Shown in pieces: positions 29,323 through 40,254 of a stretch of 64,000 bases of DNA. The stretch is taken from assembly GCA_963725665.1 (NCBI GenBank), contig CAVRZA010000002.1:512001-576000 (forward strand). Reading direction: 5' to 3'. The position numbers and the translations under genes are program-made. The stretch comes from an uncultured Actinomycetes bacterium. Lineage in GTDB: Bacteria > Actinomycetota > Thermoleophilia > UBA2241. The notes below the pieces were generated by a model, which was not told the DNA's origin, ran no database searches, and was given only the letters and a program-made list of their open reading frames with translations. The stretch's first letter is position 1. Each line of letters opens with the position of its first letter.

Positions 29323-31014
29323 GTGAATACCGCACGCAAGACCCTATTCTTCGTTGCCGTACTTCTGACGGTGCTGCTGCTCGCCGTCAGCGTCGCGGCG
29401 GCGCAACCCAAGCGAGTGTTGATCGTCGTCATGGACCAGATGCAGCCGGGGTACGCGCAGCAGTTCCACATGAAGAACGTGCTCTGGCTGCAGCATCATG
29501 GCGTGACGTTCCCGAACGCCTTTGTGGGCGACATGGCCTCCGAGACGGTTGTGAGTCACAACGTGATGGTCAGCGGCCAGTTCCCCAAGCACATGGGCTG
29601 GTCGGATGAGGCCTTCCGTGATGTGGGCAACGTGCTGGGGTTCGGGGCCGGCGCTATCGTGACCAGCGGTGATCTGGGCTTCGCGCAGTACGAGGCCCTG
29701 ATTCAGGCGGCCGGCGACTACCCGAAGCTCGGCGACTACTTGCGCGCCGCGTTCCCGGGCACGGTCGTCGCCAATGTGGGCCAGAAGGGCTACCAGGTCG
29801 AGTCTATGGCGGCCGAGAGTTCGGACTGGTACGTCCGCATGGGCAGCAAGGGCAATACCGCCGATCTGACCGCCCCCTTCAGCCCTTCCAGCGTGCCGTG
29901 GAGCGGCACGTATCGCGGGCCGTCCGGCAAGGTGCCCGACTACATCAAGAACGACCCGCGGTATCTTGTCAGTGTCGGCAACGCTTGGGACACCTACGGG
30001 ACGGAGTTGCAGTATCCCTCCTGGCTGTATTCGGAGGATGGGCGCTACGTGCCGAGTGAGTTCCAAGACCACCAGAGCGGTGACATCTGGGTGGCCGACG
30101 CCGCCACCGCCATCATGGAGCACGAGAACTGGTCGGGCCTGTGGGTCACTTTCAGCGCCATCGACAAGATCGGGCACATGTGGGGTGGCGGCGCGGTGGA
30201 CACGGTCGCCAACTACGGCTGGGACCCGAGCTCGATCTATGACTGGGTGCACATGCCCTTCGCGGCCAAGAACGCCGACGAGCAGCTCGGCAAGCTCATC
30301 GCCGAGCTCAAGAAACAACATCAGTTGAAGGACACGCTCATCGTGCTCACCGCAGACCACGGGTCCACGTACGGTGAGCACTTCTACGGCGATAAGACCC
30401 TCGGTGCCAGCGAGGACAACTGGGAGGCCGGCACCTGGTATCCAGGAAGCGCCACGCCGAGCACGAGCCCAGGCTCAGCGACCCTGCAGCCGCTGCTGGC
30501 CACCGGCAACGTCCTCTTCAGCTACCAGTCGACGGCCATGGAGACGTGGCTCATCGACCAGTCGTGGAAGATGAAGGTCGCGGCGGCGAAGGTCATGGCG
30601 AAGCTTCCGGGTGTCATCGCCACCTACGTGAAGAGTGAGGACAGCGACAGCTACGTTCTCCAGTGCACCAGGACGAGCACGCGCATGACCTGGGCCGAAA
30701 GGGCGTGGTGGCTGCGACACGGCCAGGAGCTAGTGGACACCATGGCCTGGGAGGGCTCGGCCGATGTGGTCGGGCTGCTCGCCGACCGCACGAGCTACGG
30801 CGCGTACGGTGATCACGGCGGCGCGCAGAAGGACGTACAGCGCATCCCGATGGCCTTCTACAGCCCGGGCATTCGGCATGCTGTGAGCTGCTCGCCTATT
30901 CGGCTCGTCGACATCATGCCGACGGTGCTCAAAGCCATGCGCATCCCGCTCACCGCGCCTGTCGACGGACGCGCATACAAGCTAGTCGTACACCACAGGC
31001 ATTGCCGCCACTGA
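29323..31014 (+). CDS. Secreted alkaline phosphatase-superfamily protein (nucleotide pyrophosphatase/phosphodiesterase-like)
   Basis: Signal peptide; VVMDQ, ETVVSH, DKIGH, TADHG, GDHGG. Confidence 0.85.
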   Translation: MNTARKTLFFVAVLLTVLLLAVSVAAAQPKRVLIVVMDQMQPGYAQQFHMKNVLWLQHHGVTFPNAFVGDMASETVVSHNVMVSGQFPKHMGWSDEAFRDVGNVLGFGAGAIVTSGDLGFAQYEALIQAAGDYPKLGDYLRAAFPGTVVANVGQKGYQVESMAAESSDWYVRMGSKGNTADLTAPFSPSSVPWSGTYRGPSGKVPDYIKNDPRYLVSVGNAWDTYGTELQYPSWLYSEDGRYVPSEFQDHQSGDIWVADAATAIMEHENWSGLWVTFSAIDKIGHMWGGGAVDTVANYGWDPSSIYDWVHMPFAAKNADEQLGKLIAELKKQHQLKDTLIVLTADHGSTYGEHFYGDKTLGASEDNWEAGTWYPGSATPSTSPGSATLQPLLATGNVLFSYQSTAMETWLIDQSWKMKVAAAKVMAKLPGVIATYVKSEDSDSYVLQCTRTSTRMTWAERAWWLRHGQELVDTMAWEGSADVVGLLADRTSYGAYGDHGGAQKDVQRIPMAFYSPGIRHAVSCSPIRLVDIMPTVLKAMRIPLTAPVDGRAYKLVVHHRHCRH

Positions 31015-31096
31015 CAACCGCGACCAGGAGGGGCCGGGGGCGCCGACAGGCGCCCGCGGCCCCCTTTACGTCGTGCAACGTATCCGGGTGAGTCGG

Positions 31097-32188
31097 CTAG
31101 CTCGTCGGCAAGGCGCGACTCCGTCCGCCGGGTCCCGCCCCCACGGTCCTGCCCAGTGAGGCGAGCAGCTCGACGATGCCGGCGTTGATGGCGTCGGCCG
31201 TTTCGTGCACGGCGGCCTTCTCGGGGTAGATCTCGTACTTGGCGCGGTACTCGAGGGGCGTCAGGTTGGGCATGACGACGTTGGCCCCGCGCTGCAGGCC
31301 GTGCGCCCGCCCGCCGTCCCTGTTGATGAGCGACAGCGCCGTGGTCGCCGGCAGGTTGGCGTCGGGGCGCACGAGCCGCGTGAGGGCGACGACCTTGCAG
31401 GTCATGAGCTCGCTGTTGGGCGCCTGGTCGGCCGCCCAGTCGCTGCGCCCGCGGCGTTCCTCGAACTCGCGCCCGAGGGGTGTCGCCGGATGCGGCAGGT
31501 AGGGACCGATGCCGATCATGTCCATGTCCATGTCGCGGAAGAGGTCGATGTCGTCGGCCACCGACTCGTGTGTCTGTCCGGGGATGCCGACCATGATGCC
31601 GGTCCCCGCTTCGTAGCCCAGCCTCTGCAGGGTGGCGATGATCGCCAGGCGGTCCGAGACACGCCCCGGCAGGTCGGGGTGGATGCGGCGGTAGAGCCGC
31701 TCATCGGAGGTCTCGAAGCGCAGCAGGTAGCGGTCGGCGCCGGCGGCGCGCCACGCGGCGAGATCGGCGTCGGGGCGCTCGCCGAGACTGAGCGTCACGG
31801 CGAGCGCCGTCTCGGCCTTGATCTGTCTGATCACGTCCGCGAGCCACTCGGGCTCGATGCCGTAGTCCTCGCCCGACTGCATGACGAGGGTGCCGTAGCC
31901 GTAGGCGCGCGCCTGCCGGGCACAAGCGACCACGGACTCTGCCGGCATGCGGTAGCGCTCGAGGGCGCGGTTGGGGCCGCGGATACCGCAGTAGGTGCAG
32001 GCGCGCACGCAGTAGTTGGAGATCTCCGCCAGGCCGCGCAGGTGGACCGCGTCGCCGACGTAGCGCCGGCGCGCCTCGTCGGCCGCTCGCCAGAGCGCCT
32101 CGAGGCGCGCCTCGTCGTCCTCGCGCAGCCAGGCCAGGACCGCCGCGCGGGAGAGGCCGATGACCGCCTCTGGCGGAGGAGGCCTCAT
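31097..32188 (-). CDS. hydE: [FeFe]-hydrogenase maturase HydE (radical SAM)
   Basis: RGLAEISNYCVRACTYCG, LRFET, GIGPYLPHP, PATTAL, GANVVMPN, YEIY. Confidence 0.92.
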   Translation of the reverse strand: MRPPPPEAVIGLSRAAVLAWLREDDEARLEALWRAADEARRRYVGDAVHLRGLAEISNYCVRACTYCGIRGPNRALERYRMPAESVVACARQARAYGYGTLVMQSGEDYGIEPEWLADVIRQIKAETALAVTLSLGERPDADLAAWRAAGADRYLLRFETSDERLYRRIHPDLPGRVSDRLAIIATLQRLGYEAGTGIMVGIPGQTHESVADDIDLFRDMDMDMIGIGPYLPHPATPLGREFEERRGRSDWAADQAPNSELMTCKVVALTRLVRPDANLPATTALSLINRDGGRAHGLQRGANVVMPNLTPLEYRAKYEIYPEKAAVHETADAINAGIVELLASLGRTVGAGPGGRSRALPTS

Positions 32189-32269
32189 CGCGCGACGTCG
32201 GCGGCGCGAGGGGCGACGCCCCGGGACGCGCTCAAGCCGCAATCGTGGCTCGCGCCCATGAGCGCCGAC

Positions 32270-33572
32270 TCAGAGCTCGTCGGTGGCCACGCCGTCGGGC
32301 GTGGCGATGGGCGCGGCGGCGGCGAGGTGGTCCGTCGCCGCCGCGCCCATCGCGCTCTGCAGCACGTCGAGCGCGGCCGGGAACGCCTGCAGCGCGCGCT
32401 CGAAGATGCCCAGGCTGTAGGCGATGACCAGGCCGTAGTTGGTGATCGGCACGCCCGCCTGCCGACAGCGCATGATACGACCCAGCATGGCGCGCCGGTT
32501 GAAGCTGCAGGCGCCGCAGTGCACGATCAGGTCGTAGTCGCTCGGGTCCTCGGGAAAGTCGTGTCCCTGCATGTGCTCGAACTCGAGCTTGCCGCCCACG
32601 TATTGCGTCAGCCAGCGGGGGATCTTCACGCGCCCGATGTCCTCGGCGATGGGGTGGTGGCTGCAGGCCTCGGCGATGAGCACGCGGTCGCCGCTCTTGA
32701 GGTGTTCGACCGCCAGCGTGCCCTCCACCTGGCTTACCAGGTCGCCCTTGAAGCGCGCGAAGAGGATCGAGAAGCTGGTCATGAGCACCGCGGGCGGCGT
32801 GTCGGCGGCCACCTTGAGAAAGGCCTGCGAGTCGGTGACCACGAGCCGCGGCGGCCGCTGCAGACGCTCGAACGCCTCCTTGAGCTCGCGCTCCTTCACG
32901 ACGAGGGCCATGGCGTCGGTGTCCATAAGGTCGCGGATGGCCTGGACCTGGGGCAGGATGAGGCGACCTCGCGGGGCCTCCTTGTCGATGGGCACCACGA
33001 GCACGGCCATCTCGCCTGGCCCCACGAGGTCGCCCAGGATGGTCGGGTTGTCGACGAAGTCGGCCGGCGCCGTGTCGAGGAGCGCCTGGCGGAAGTCGAG
33101 GATGCCCACGCCCTCGGGCGCCGCCGTCTCGACGACGCGCACCTTGAGCTCCTTCAGCCGCGCCGGCGCGAGGCGCGCTCGGGCGAGGTCGATCTTGTTG
33201 AAGACGACCACGACGGGGACGTTGCGCCCACTGAGCTCGTCGAGGATCTGGTCCTCGAAGTCCTCCCACACGCCGGCCTCGGTGACGATCACGCCGAGGT
33301 CGGTGCGATCGAAGACCTGCATGGTGCGCTTCGCGCGCAGCTCGCCCAGGGCGCCGACGTCGTCGATGCCGGCCGTGTCGATGAAGAGCACGGGGCCGAG
33401 CGGCAGCAGCTCCATCGGCTTCTCGACGGGGTCGGTCGTCGTGCCGGCCTGGTCGGAGACGATGGAGACGTCCTGGCGCGTGATGGCGTTGAGCAGGCTC
33501 GACTTGCCCACGTTGCGCCGGCCGAAGAGGCCGATGTGAAGCCGCATGCCGCGCGGCGCTGTCTGCGGTCAT
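32270..33572 (-). CDS. hydF: [FeFe]-hydrogenase maturation GTPase HydF (intact from ATG 33547; probable indel near true start 33572)
   Basis: GRRNVGKSS, GTTTDPV, DTAG, NKID, EACSHH, HCGAC, TNYG. Confidence 0.95.
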
Positions 33573-35055
33573 GGCTGGCCAGCTCCGCGCTTCGCTCGAG
33601 TCGCATGCCGCGCGTTCGGTCAGGCCAGCCTCGCTCGCCGCGTCCCATCGACGTCGGCGTGCCGAGGCGGCAGACGGCCTCGGCCGTCAGGAGCTCGTCG
33701 AACTCGGCCTCGCTGAGCCGGCCGTCGGCCAATGCGACCTCACGGATCGACGTGCCCGTCTCGTGCGCCCGGCGCACGATCTCGCTGGCGGCCTCGTAGC
33801 CGATCGCCGGCACGAGCGCGGTGGCCACTGCCGACGAGGCCTCGACGTGCGCCCGGCAGCGGACCTCGTCGGCTTCGATGCCCTCGACGCAGAAGCGGCG
33901 CAGGATCTCGCAGGAGCGTGCCAGCAAGAGCAGGCTCTCGATGAGCGCGGCGGCGATGAGCGGCAGGAAGGCGTTGAGCTCGAGGCTGCCGTACGCCGCC
34001 GCGTAGCCGATGGTGGCGTCGTAGCCCATGACCGTCAGCGCCGCCTGCGTCACGGCCTCGGGGATCACAGGGTTGACCTTGCCGGGCATGATGGAAGAGC
34101 CAGCCTGGCGTTGCGGGAGCCTGATCTCGCCGATGCCGGCTTCCGGTCCCGACGAGAGAAGCCGCAGGTCGGAGCAGATCTTGATCAGCGTGCTGGCGAG
34201 GGCCTTGAGGATGCCCGAGACCTCGACGTAGACGTCGGCGTTCTGCGTCGCCTCGGTCAGGTTCTCGGCGCGCGCGAAGCCGATCGAGGTCAGCTCGCGC
34301 AGCGTATCGACGACCCGGAAGATGTACTGCCGCGGGGCTGCGAACCCCGTGCCGATGGCCGTCCCGCCCAGGTTGACCACGCGCAGGCGCTCCTCGCACT
34401 TGTAGATGCGCCAGCGGTCGCGGCTCAGAGCCTCGGCGTAGGCACCCATCTCGCGGCCCAGCGTGGTCAGCACGGCGTCCTGCATCTGCGTGCGGCCGAC
34501 CTTGACGACGTGGGCGAAGCCCTTCTCGTGCACCTGGAAGCTCTCCTGCAACGCGACGACCTGCTCCTCCAGCTTGTGCAGGAGGCGGATGGCCGCCAAG
34601 CGCAGCGCGGTGGGGAAGGTGTCGTTGGTCGACTGGTGGAGGTTGACATCATCGAGGGGCGAGACGCGTGCGTAGGCGCCGTGCGGCTCGCCCAGGATCT
34701 CCAACGCGCGGTTGGCCAGCACCTCGTTGACGTTCATGTTGGCGCTCGTTCCGGCGCCGCCCTGCAGGCGGTCAACGACGACGGCGTCGTTCAGCCCTCC
34801 ATCGGCCATCTCGCGGCAGGCGCGCTCGATGGCGTCGGCCTTCGCCTCGTCGTCGCGCCAGGCGCCGAGGCTGCGGTTGGTCAGCGCGCACGCCAGCTTG
34901 ACGGTGCCGAACGCCGCGACCAGCTCGCCGTGCACGGGCCGTCCGGTGAGGTGGAAGTTCTCCAGGGCGCGCAGCGTGTGCACCCCGAAGAGGCTCTCCT
35001 CGGGCACGGCGACCTCGCCGAGCAGGTCATGCTCGATGCGGTGACCGTCACTCAC
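33569..35055 (-). CDS. aspA: Aspartate ammonia-lyase (3' end uncertain; ORF track runs on to 33289)
   Basis: QGGAGTSANMNVNEV, HQSTND, GRTQMQDA, GSSIMPGKVNP. Confidence 0.88.
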
Positions 35056-35315
35056 TCGTGTGTGAACACCATCATCTGTGCCTCGACGCCCTCTATGGCG
35101 CTGAGCCGCGCCATCATGGCGTCGCAGTCGCTCTCGGCGCCGATCACGTCGAGCAGCACGACACCGCTCGGCGAGCACATCGTGCCGTCCGTGTCGTGCA
35201 GTCCCACGCGCGTGCGGATGTTGCAGCCGAACTCGGTGAACACCGCCTGCACGCCGCCGGCATTCCTAGCCCGGTCGCTGATGTGGACGCCGACGATCAG
35301 GTGCTTCTCGCTCAT
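35052..35315 (-). CDS. TM1266-like iron-only hydrogenase system regulator (ACT-like)
   Basis: VQAVFTEFGCNIRTRVGLHD; typical position beside hydG. Confidence 0.7.
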   Translation of the reverse strand: MSEKHLIVGVHISDRARNAGGVQAVFTEFGCNIRTRVGLHDTDGTMCSPSGVVLLDVIGAESDCDAMMARLSAIEGVEAQMMVFTHE

Positions 35316-35327
35316 CTGTGCCCTCCC

Positions 35328-36728
35328 CTAGCAGAACGCGTCGCGCTCGCCGGCGCGCACGCGGGCCATGAGCTTCTCCGAGACGCGACGCCCGCGCGCA
35401 CTCATGCGCGCGAGCGTCGCGTCGATCAGGAGCTCGCCCGCCGCGCGCGTCACCGGCGAGCCGTAGTCCAAAAGGTACTCGAGGAACGTCGAAAGCGCGT
35501 TGGGGCCGCAGTGCTCCTTGATCTCGCCCGGCTTAGCGAGATCCATGAAATCGGCGCCCGTGCGGCCCAGACGATAGCAGGCGGTGCAGAACGAGGGGAT
35601 GTATCCGAGCTGCGCCACATCGTTGATGACCTCGTCGAGCGTGCGGTGGTCACCGAGCTGGAACTGCTCCATCTCGGCCACGGTGTCGTCGGTGTACCCG
35701 CCGGGGTTCGTGCGGCTGCCGGCCGAGATCTGCGACACACCGAGCGCGAAGGTCTCGCGCCGGATGCCGGCAGTCTCGCGCGTCGACATGATGATGCCGG
35801 TGTAGGGCACGGCGAGGCGCAGGATGGCGACTATCTTGCGGAAGTCGATGTCGTCGACCGGGTGCGGCGGGTGCTCGGCGATGTTCGAGCCGACCGCGGG
35901 CTCGAGACGGGGCACGCTGATCGTGTGCGGGCCGACGCCGAAGGTGCGCTCGAGATGGCGGATATGCTCCATCAACGCGAGGACCTCGAAGCGCCAGTCG
36001 AAGAGGCCGAAGAGCACGCCGATGCCGACGTCGTCGATACCGCCCTCCATCGCCCGGTCCATACCCGTCACGCGCCAGTCGTAGTCGCGCTTCTTGCCGC
36101 CCAGGTGCACCTTACGGTACGTCTCGCGGTGGTAGGTCTCCTGGAAGAGCTGGTAGGTGCCGATGCCCGACGCCTTGAGCTCGCGGAACTCGTCGACCGT
36201 CAGCGGCGCCACGTTCACGTTGACGCGGCGTATCTCGCCGCGGTCGCGTTTGACCGCGTAGATGGTGGCGATCGAGTCGAGGACGTAGCGGAAACCCTCC
36301 TCGGGGTACGACTCGCCGGCCACGAGCAGCACGCGCTTGTGTCCCTGCTCGACCAGGATCTCGACCTCGCGGCGGATCTCGTCCTGCGTCAGCGCCCGCC
36401 GCTTGAGTTCCTTGTTACGCACGCGAAAGGCGCAGTACAGGCAATCGTTCGAGCACAGGTTCGAGACGTAGAGCGGGGCGAAGAGGACCAGACGCTTGCC
36501 GTAGATCGTCTCCTTGACCTCGCGCGCCGCGGCGAAGAGCTCGGCGAGGAGGTCGGGGTCGCTGATCGTCGACAAGGCGGCGACCTCGCTCATCTCGAGG
36601 CCGTGCGCCTCCTCGCCCTTGGCCAGGATCTCGTGCACGCGAGTCTCGTTGGCCCGCCCGCCCTCGATGAGAGCCGTGATGATGTCGCCTTCGTCGATGA
36701 ACTCGACGGGCGTCGTCGTTGTGGTCAT
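35328..36728 (-). CDS. hydG: [FeFe]-hydrogenase maturase HydG (radical SAM)
   Basis: APLYVSNLCSNDCLYC, FQETYH, PHTISVPR, SFCTACYR..C. Confidence 0.95.
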   Translation of the reverse strand: MTTTTTPVEFIDEGDIITALIEGGRANETRVHEILAKGEEAHGLEMSEVAALSTISDPDLLAELFAAAREVKETIYGKRLVLFAPLYVSNLCSNDCLYCAFRVRNKELKRRALTQDEIRREVEILVEQGHKRVLLVAGESYPEEGFRYVLDSIATIYAVKRDRGEIRRVNVNVAPLTVDEFRELKASGIGTYQLFQETYHRETYRKVHLGGKKRDYDWRVTGMDRAMEGGIDDVGIGVLFGLFDWRFEVLALMEHIRHLERTFGVGPHTISVPRLEPAVGSNIAEHPPHPVDDIDFRKIVAILRLAVPYTGIIMSTRETAGIRRETFALGVSQISAGSRTNPGGYTDDTVAEMEQFQLGDHRTLDEVINDVAQLGYIPSFCTACYRLGRTGADFMDLAKPGEIKEHCGPNALSTFLEYLLDYGSPVTRAAGELLIDATLARMSARGRRVSEKLMARVRAGERDAFC

Positions 36729-38056
36729 GGCTTGCCTCCGGAGGTGACGCCGGCAGCCTTCGTGGGGAGGGGCTGCGGGATAGAGAACGAGAACTCGGCC
36801 CAAGAGCCCGGCTTGGACGCTGCGCGGATGCGCCCACCGTGTAGCTGGACGATGCGCCAGGCGTTGTACAGGCCGACGCCGGTGCCCTTGTGCCCCTGCA
36901 GGGCCGGGCTGTCGAGCCGCGAGAACTTGCGGAAGAGCTTGTCCTTCTCGGCGGCTGGGAAGCCCGGCCCCTGGTTCCACACCGACACCGAGATGCCGTG
37001 CTTGCGCTTGAGCACCGCGAGGCGGATCTCGCCGCCCGCGTCGCCGTACTTGATCGCATTGCCGACCAGATTGACCAGCACGATGCGCATGAGACCCGGG
37101 TCGCAGCTGATGAGGAGCGAGCCCTCGGGCGGCAGCTCCGTCGTCAGACGCATCTGCCGGGTCTCGATCTGCGAGCGCACGAGGTCGATCGCGGGCTCGA
37201 GCACCTCCTCGACGAAGAGCGTCGCCGGCTGCACGCGCAGGCCCTGACCGGACTCCTCGAGACGCGCCAGGTCGAGGTACTCGTTCACCAGGCCCAGGAG
37301 GTACTGTCCCTTGTGGATCATGCGCTCGACCTTCGCCTTCTGCTGCGGCTCGAGGTCGCCGAGGTACCCCTCCGCCAGCAGCTTGGCGTCGGTCACCATC
37401 GAGGCTACCGGGTTCTTGAGCTCGTGGCTCACGAACCCGAGCATCTCGAAGTAGGCGCGGTTCGCCTCTTCGAGCTGCTCGATGCGCCAGGCTTTCTCGA
37501 CCGCTTGACTGATACGCTCGGCGATCGCGATGGAGAGCTCGACGTGGCGGCTCGAGTAGGCACGCGCTCGGCGTGAGCTGCGGAACATGAACCCGACCAC
37601 GCGTCCTTCGACGGAGAGTGGACAGGTGAGGCTCGAGCGCACACCCTCCTTCACCAGGAGGCGCGTGGAGCGGCTCGCCGGCTTGGCCTCGAGATAGGCC
37701 TCGAGGTCGTCGATGATGCGCGGCATGCGGCGCTCGAGCACGGGCCCCAGCGAGGTCGCGGTGAGGTCCTCGGCGTATCCCTGGCTAAGCAGCAGGGGCT
37801 CGTAGCTGGCGCGGGCGTAGTGCGAGACGACGCGCCCGCCGGCGTCTTCGACGAAGGCGAGGCCGATGCGATCGAACGGGAAGATGGTCATGGTCTCCTC
37901 GAAGAGGAAGTCGACCACGTCGTTGAGGGTCGGCAACGCTGCGACCCTGTGGTTCACGAGGCGCAGGATGCGGCGCTCCTCCTCGGTGAAGGGCTGCAGC
38001 ACCGGCGCCGGCTGTGCCGGGTCGACATAGCGCACCGATGTCCGTGAGTCGGCCAT
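36725..38056 (-). CDS. Cytoplasmic GAF-HisKA-HATPase sensor kinase
   Basis: GAF (GVRSSLTCPL), VSHELKNP, NLVGNAIKY, GTGVGL; no TM segments. Confidence 0.9.
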   Translation of the reverse strand: MADSRTSVRYVDPAQPAPVLQPFTEEERRILRLVNHRVAALPTLNDVVDFLFEETMTIFPFDRIGLAFVEDAGGRVVSHYARASYEPLLLSQGYAEDLTATSLGPVLERRMPRIIDDLEAYLEAKPASRSTRLLVKEGVRSSLTCPLSVEGRVVGFMFRSSRRARAYSSRHVELSIAIAERISQAVEKAWRIEQLEEANRAYFEMLGFVSHELKNPVASMVTDAKLLAEGYLGDLEPQQKAKVERMIHKGQYLLGLVNEYLDLARLEESGQGLRVQPATLFVEEVLEPAIDLVRSQIETRQMRLTTELPPEGSLLISCDPGLMRIVLVNLVGNAIKYGDAGGEIRLAVLKRKHGISVSVWNQGPGFPAAEKDKLFRKFSRLDSPALQGHKGTGVGLYNAWRIVQLHGGRIRAASKPGSWAEFSFSIPQPLPTKAAGVTSGGKP

Positions 38057-38268
38057 GCTTCCTCTCTTGCGGCGGAGATCGTGCCGTCCCTCAGACTCTA
38101 CCGCACCCGCCCGTCTCCTCGAGCGTCGTTTGCTCGCCGTCGCTCTCGGTATCTGTAGGGTACCGCGTTCGCGCGGATGCGCCAGTGGTGCGCGGCTCGG
38201 TCGCTGAAGGCCGCCCCCTCGTTCGAGGGCCCCGCGGATAGTGTCACCCACGGGCAATCGCAGGGAGT

Positions 38269-38306
38269 GGGCGGGGCGGCGAGCCTTGCGGCTCGCCGCC
38301 CCGCCC
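38269..38306 (-). terminator. Hairpin downstream of hydA
   Basis: ggcggggcggcgagcc-ttgc-ggctcgccgccccgcc inverted repeat. Confidence 0.55.
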
Positions 38307-38314
38307 CGAAGCAC

Positions 38315-40240
38315 CTACGCGATGTACTTGCCGCGCGGTGTGTAGCTTGTGTGCAGGAGCTTGTGGCTCTTGTGGCCGCAGGGGCCCTCGGTCAGGAACT
38401 CGCCGTAGAGCTTGACCACCGCAGGGTTCTCGATCGACTTGCGTACCTCGTAGGCGGCGTCTTCGGCGTAGATCGCCTTGGCGCGCGCGGCCCTGATCGC
38501 GGGCGAGGTCGGGATCGGTTGGCCGCCGCCGCCCAGGCAGCCGCCGGGGCACGCCATGAACTCCACGAAGTGGCACTGGCTGAAATGGCCGCCCGCCTTG
38601 ATGTCGTCCATGACCCTCTTGGCGTTGGCCGTGCCGTGCGCGACCGCCACCTTGAGTGTGGCGCCCTTGAGCCACTCCCAGTCAGGGACGAGATGCGCCA
38701 GCAGCTCGGGTACGGGGCCCACCTGGGTGACGGGGATCTCGGCGTACTTGACGCCCTCGAAACCGCGCACCGGGATGATGTCGGCGTGCTCGTAGAGATC
38801 CTCCACCTTGAGCCCGGTAACGATCTCGATGACGCTGCGCAGTGCCGACTCCATGACGCCGCCGCTGGCGCCGAAGATGACGCCGGAGCCGGTCGCCGTG
38901 CCGAAGGGATCGTCGAAATCCGACTTGTCGAGCGTCGGCACGTCGATGCCGGCTTCGCGCATCATCTTCGCCAGCTCGCGGCTGGTGAGGCCGTAGTCGA
39001 CGTCCTTGTAGCCGCTGTCGCACATCTCGGGGCGGTTGCACTCGAACTTCTTCGCCGAGCAGGGCATCAGGGCGACGCTGACGATGTCGGCCGGGTCGAT
39101 GCCGTTCTTCTCGGCGTAGAAGGTCTTGATGAGAGCCCCGAACATCTGCTGTGGGCTCTTGGCCGACGAGAGGTTGGGGATGAACTCGGGGTAGAAGTGC
39201 TCGAGGTACTTGACCCAGCCGGGTGAGCAGCTCGTGAACTGTGGCAGCGCGACTTCGGGGTCCTTCTCGACGAGCGCCTTGTGGAGGCGTGTGAGAAGCT
39301 CGGTGCCCTCCTCGATGATGGTGAGGTCGGCCGAGAAGTTGGTGTCGAAGACCATGTCGAAGCCGGCGTGCCTGAGCCCCGTGTTGAGCTCGAAGGTGAT
39401 CGGGGTCCCGGGCTCCAGGCCGAAGCACTCGCCGATGGCGGCTCGAGGGGAGGGGGCGGTCTGGATGACGACGTGCTTCGTTGGGTCGTCGATCGCTGCC
39501 CAGACCTGGTCGGTGGGGTCGTTGGCCTGGAGGGCACCAGTTGGGCAGCGGTTGATGCACTGGCCGCAGTTGATGCAGACCACCTCAGCCAGCGGCTTGT
39601 TCATGAAGGTCTGGATCTCGGTGCGGTCGCTGCGGCCGATGGCTTCGAGTACACCGACCTCCTGCAGGTCGATGCAGGTGCGCACGCAGCGGCGGCACAG
39701 AACGCACTTGTCCATGTCGCGCACCACGGAGTAGCTGGAACGGTCGACCGTGTAGCGCGGCTCCGTGGTGTGACCGAAGCGGAAGTAGTCGACGCCGTAC
39801 TCCTCGGCCAGTGACTGCAACTCGCAGTTGCCGTTGCGCACGCAGGAGTAGCAGTCGCCGTAGTGGTCGGAGAGCAGCAGGTCGACGACGTGGCGCCGTG
39901 CCTGCCGGACCTGCCTCGAGTGGGTGTTGACCTTGATCGGCACCGTAATGGGATAGGCGCAGGCCGCCTGCAGCGTGCGTTGACCCTCTACCTCGACCAC
40001 GCACACCCGGCAGACGCCGGCGATGCAGAGGTCCTCGTGGTAGCACAATGTCGGGATGTGGATGCCGACCTGCTTGGCGGCCTCGAGGATCGTCGTCGCG
40101 TGCGGCACCTTGATCTCGCGTCCGTCGATGGTGGCCGAGACGAGCGCGCCGATGGCGGTCGTGTCCTGGGCCGGCGTCGGCAGCTTGGCCTTCTGGCTCT
40201 CGGGAGCCCGGCCGCAGCCTTCCTGGAGTATCTCAGTCAT
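38315..40240 (-). CDS. hydA: [FeFe]-hydrogenase catalytic subunit, group A (trimeric A3 context)
   Basis: P1 TSCSPGW, P2 MPCSAKKFE, P3 EFMACPGGCLGGGGQP; N-terminal 2Fe-2S, His-ligated 4Fe-4S and 2x4Fe-4S. Confidence 0.96.
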   Translation of the reverse strand: MTEILQEGCGRAPESQKAKLPTPAQDTTAIGALVSATIDGREIKVPHATTILEAAKQVGIHIPTLCYHEDLCIAGVCRVCVVEVEGQRTLQAACAYPITVPIKVNTHSRQVRQARRHVVDLLLSDHYGDCYSCVRNGNCELQSLAEEYGVDYFRFGHTTEPRYTVDRSSYSVVRDMDKCVLCRRCVRTCIDLQEVGVLEAIGRSDRTEIQTFMNKPLAEVVCINCGQCINRCPTGALQANDPTDQVWAAIDDPTKHVVIQTAPSPRAAIGECFGLEPGTPITFELNTGLRHAGFDMVFDTNFSADLTIIEEGTELLTRLHKALVEKDPEVALPQFTSCSPGWVKYLEHFYPEFIPNLSSAKSPQQMFGALIKTFYAEKNGIDPADIVSVALMPCSAKKFECNRPEMCDSGYKDVDYGLTSRELAKMMREAGIDVPTLDKSDFDDPFGTATGSGVIFGASGGVMESALRSVIEIVTGLKVEDLYEHADIIPVRGFEGVKYAEIPVTQVGPVPELLAHLVPDWEWLKGATLKVAVAHGTANAKRVMDDIKAGGHFSQCHFVEFMACPGGCLGGGGQPIPTSPAIRAARAKAIYAEDAAYEVRKSIENPAVVKLYGEFLTEGPCGHKSHKLLHTSYTPRGKYIA

Positions 40241-40254
40241 AGTCGGCTCCCTCG

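Noticed and set aside
38057-38317. hydA TAG is in frame with the downstream kinase ORF (possible HydA-kinase readthrough fusion)
   Set aside because: The 86-codon linker is non-protein-like, contains a terminator-like hairpin, and the kinase has its own RBS
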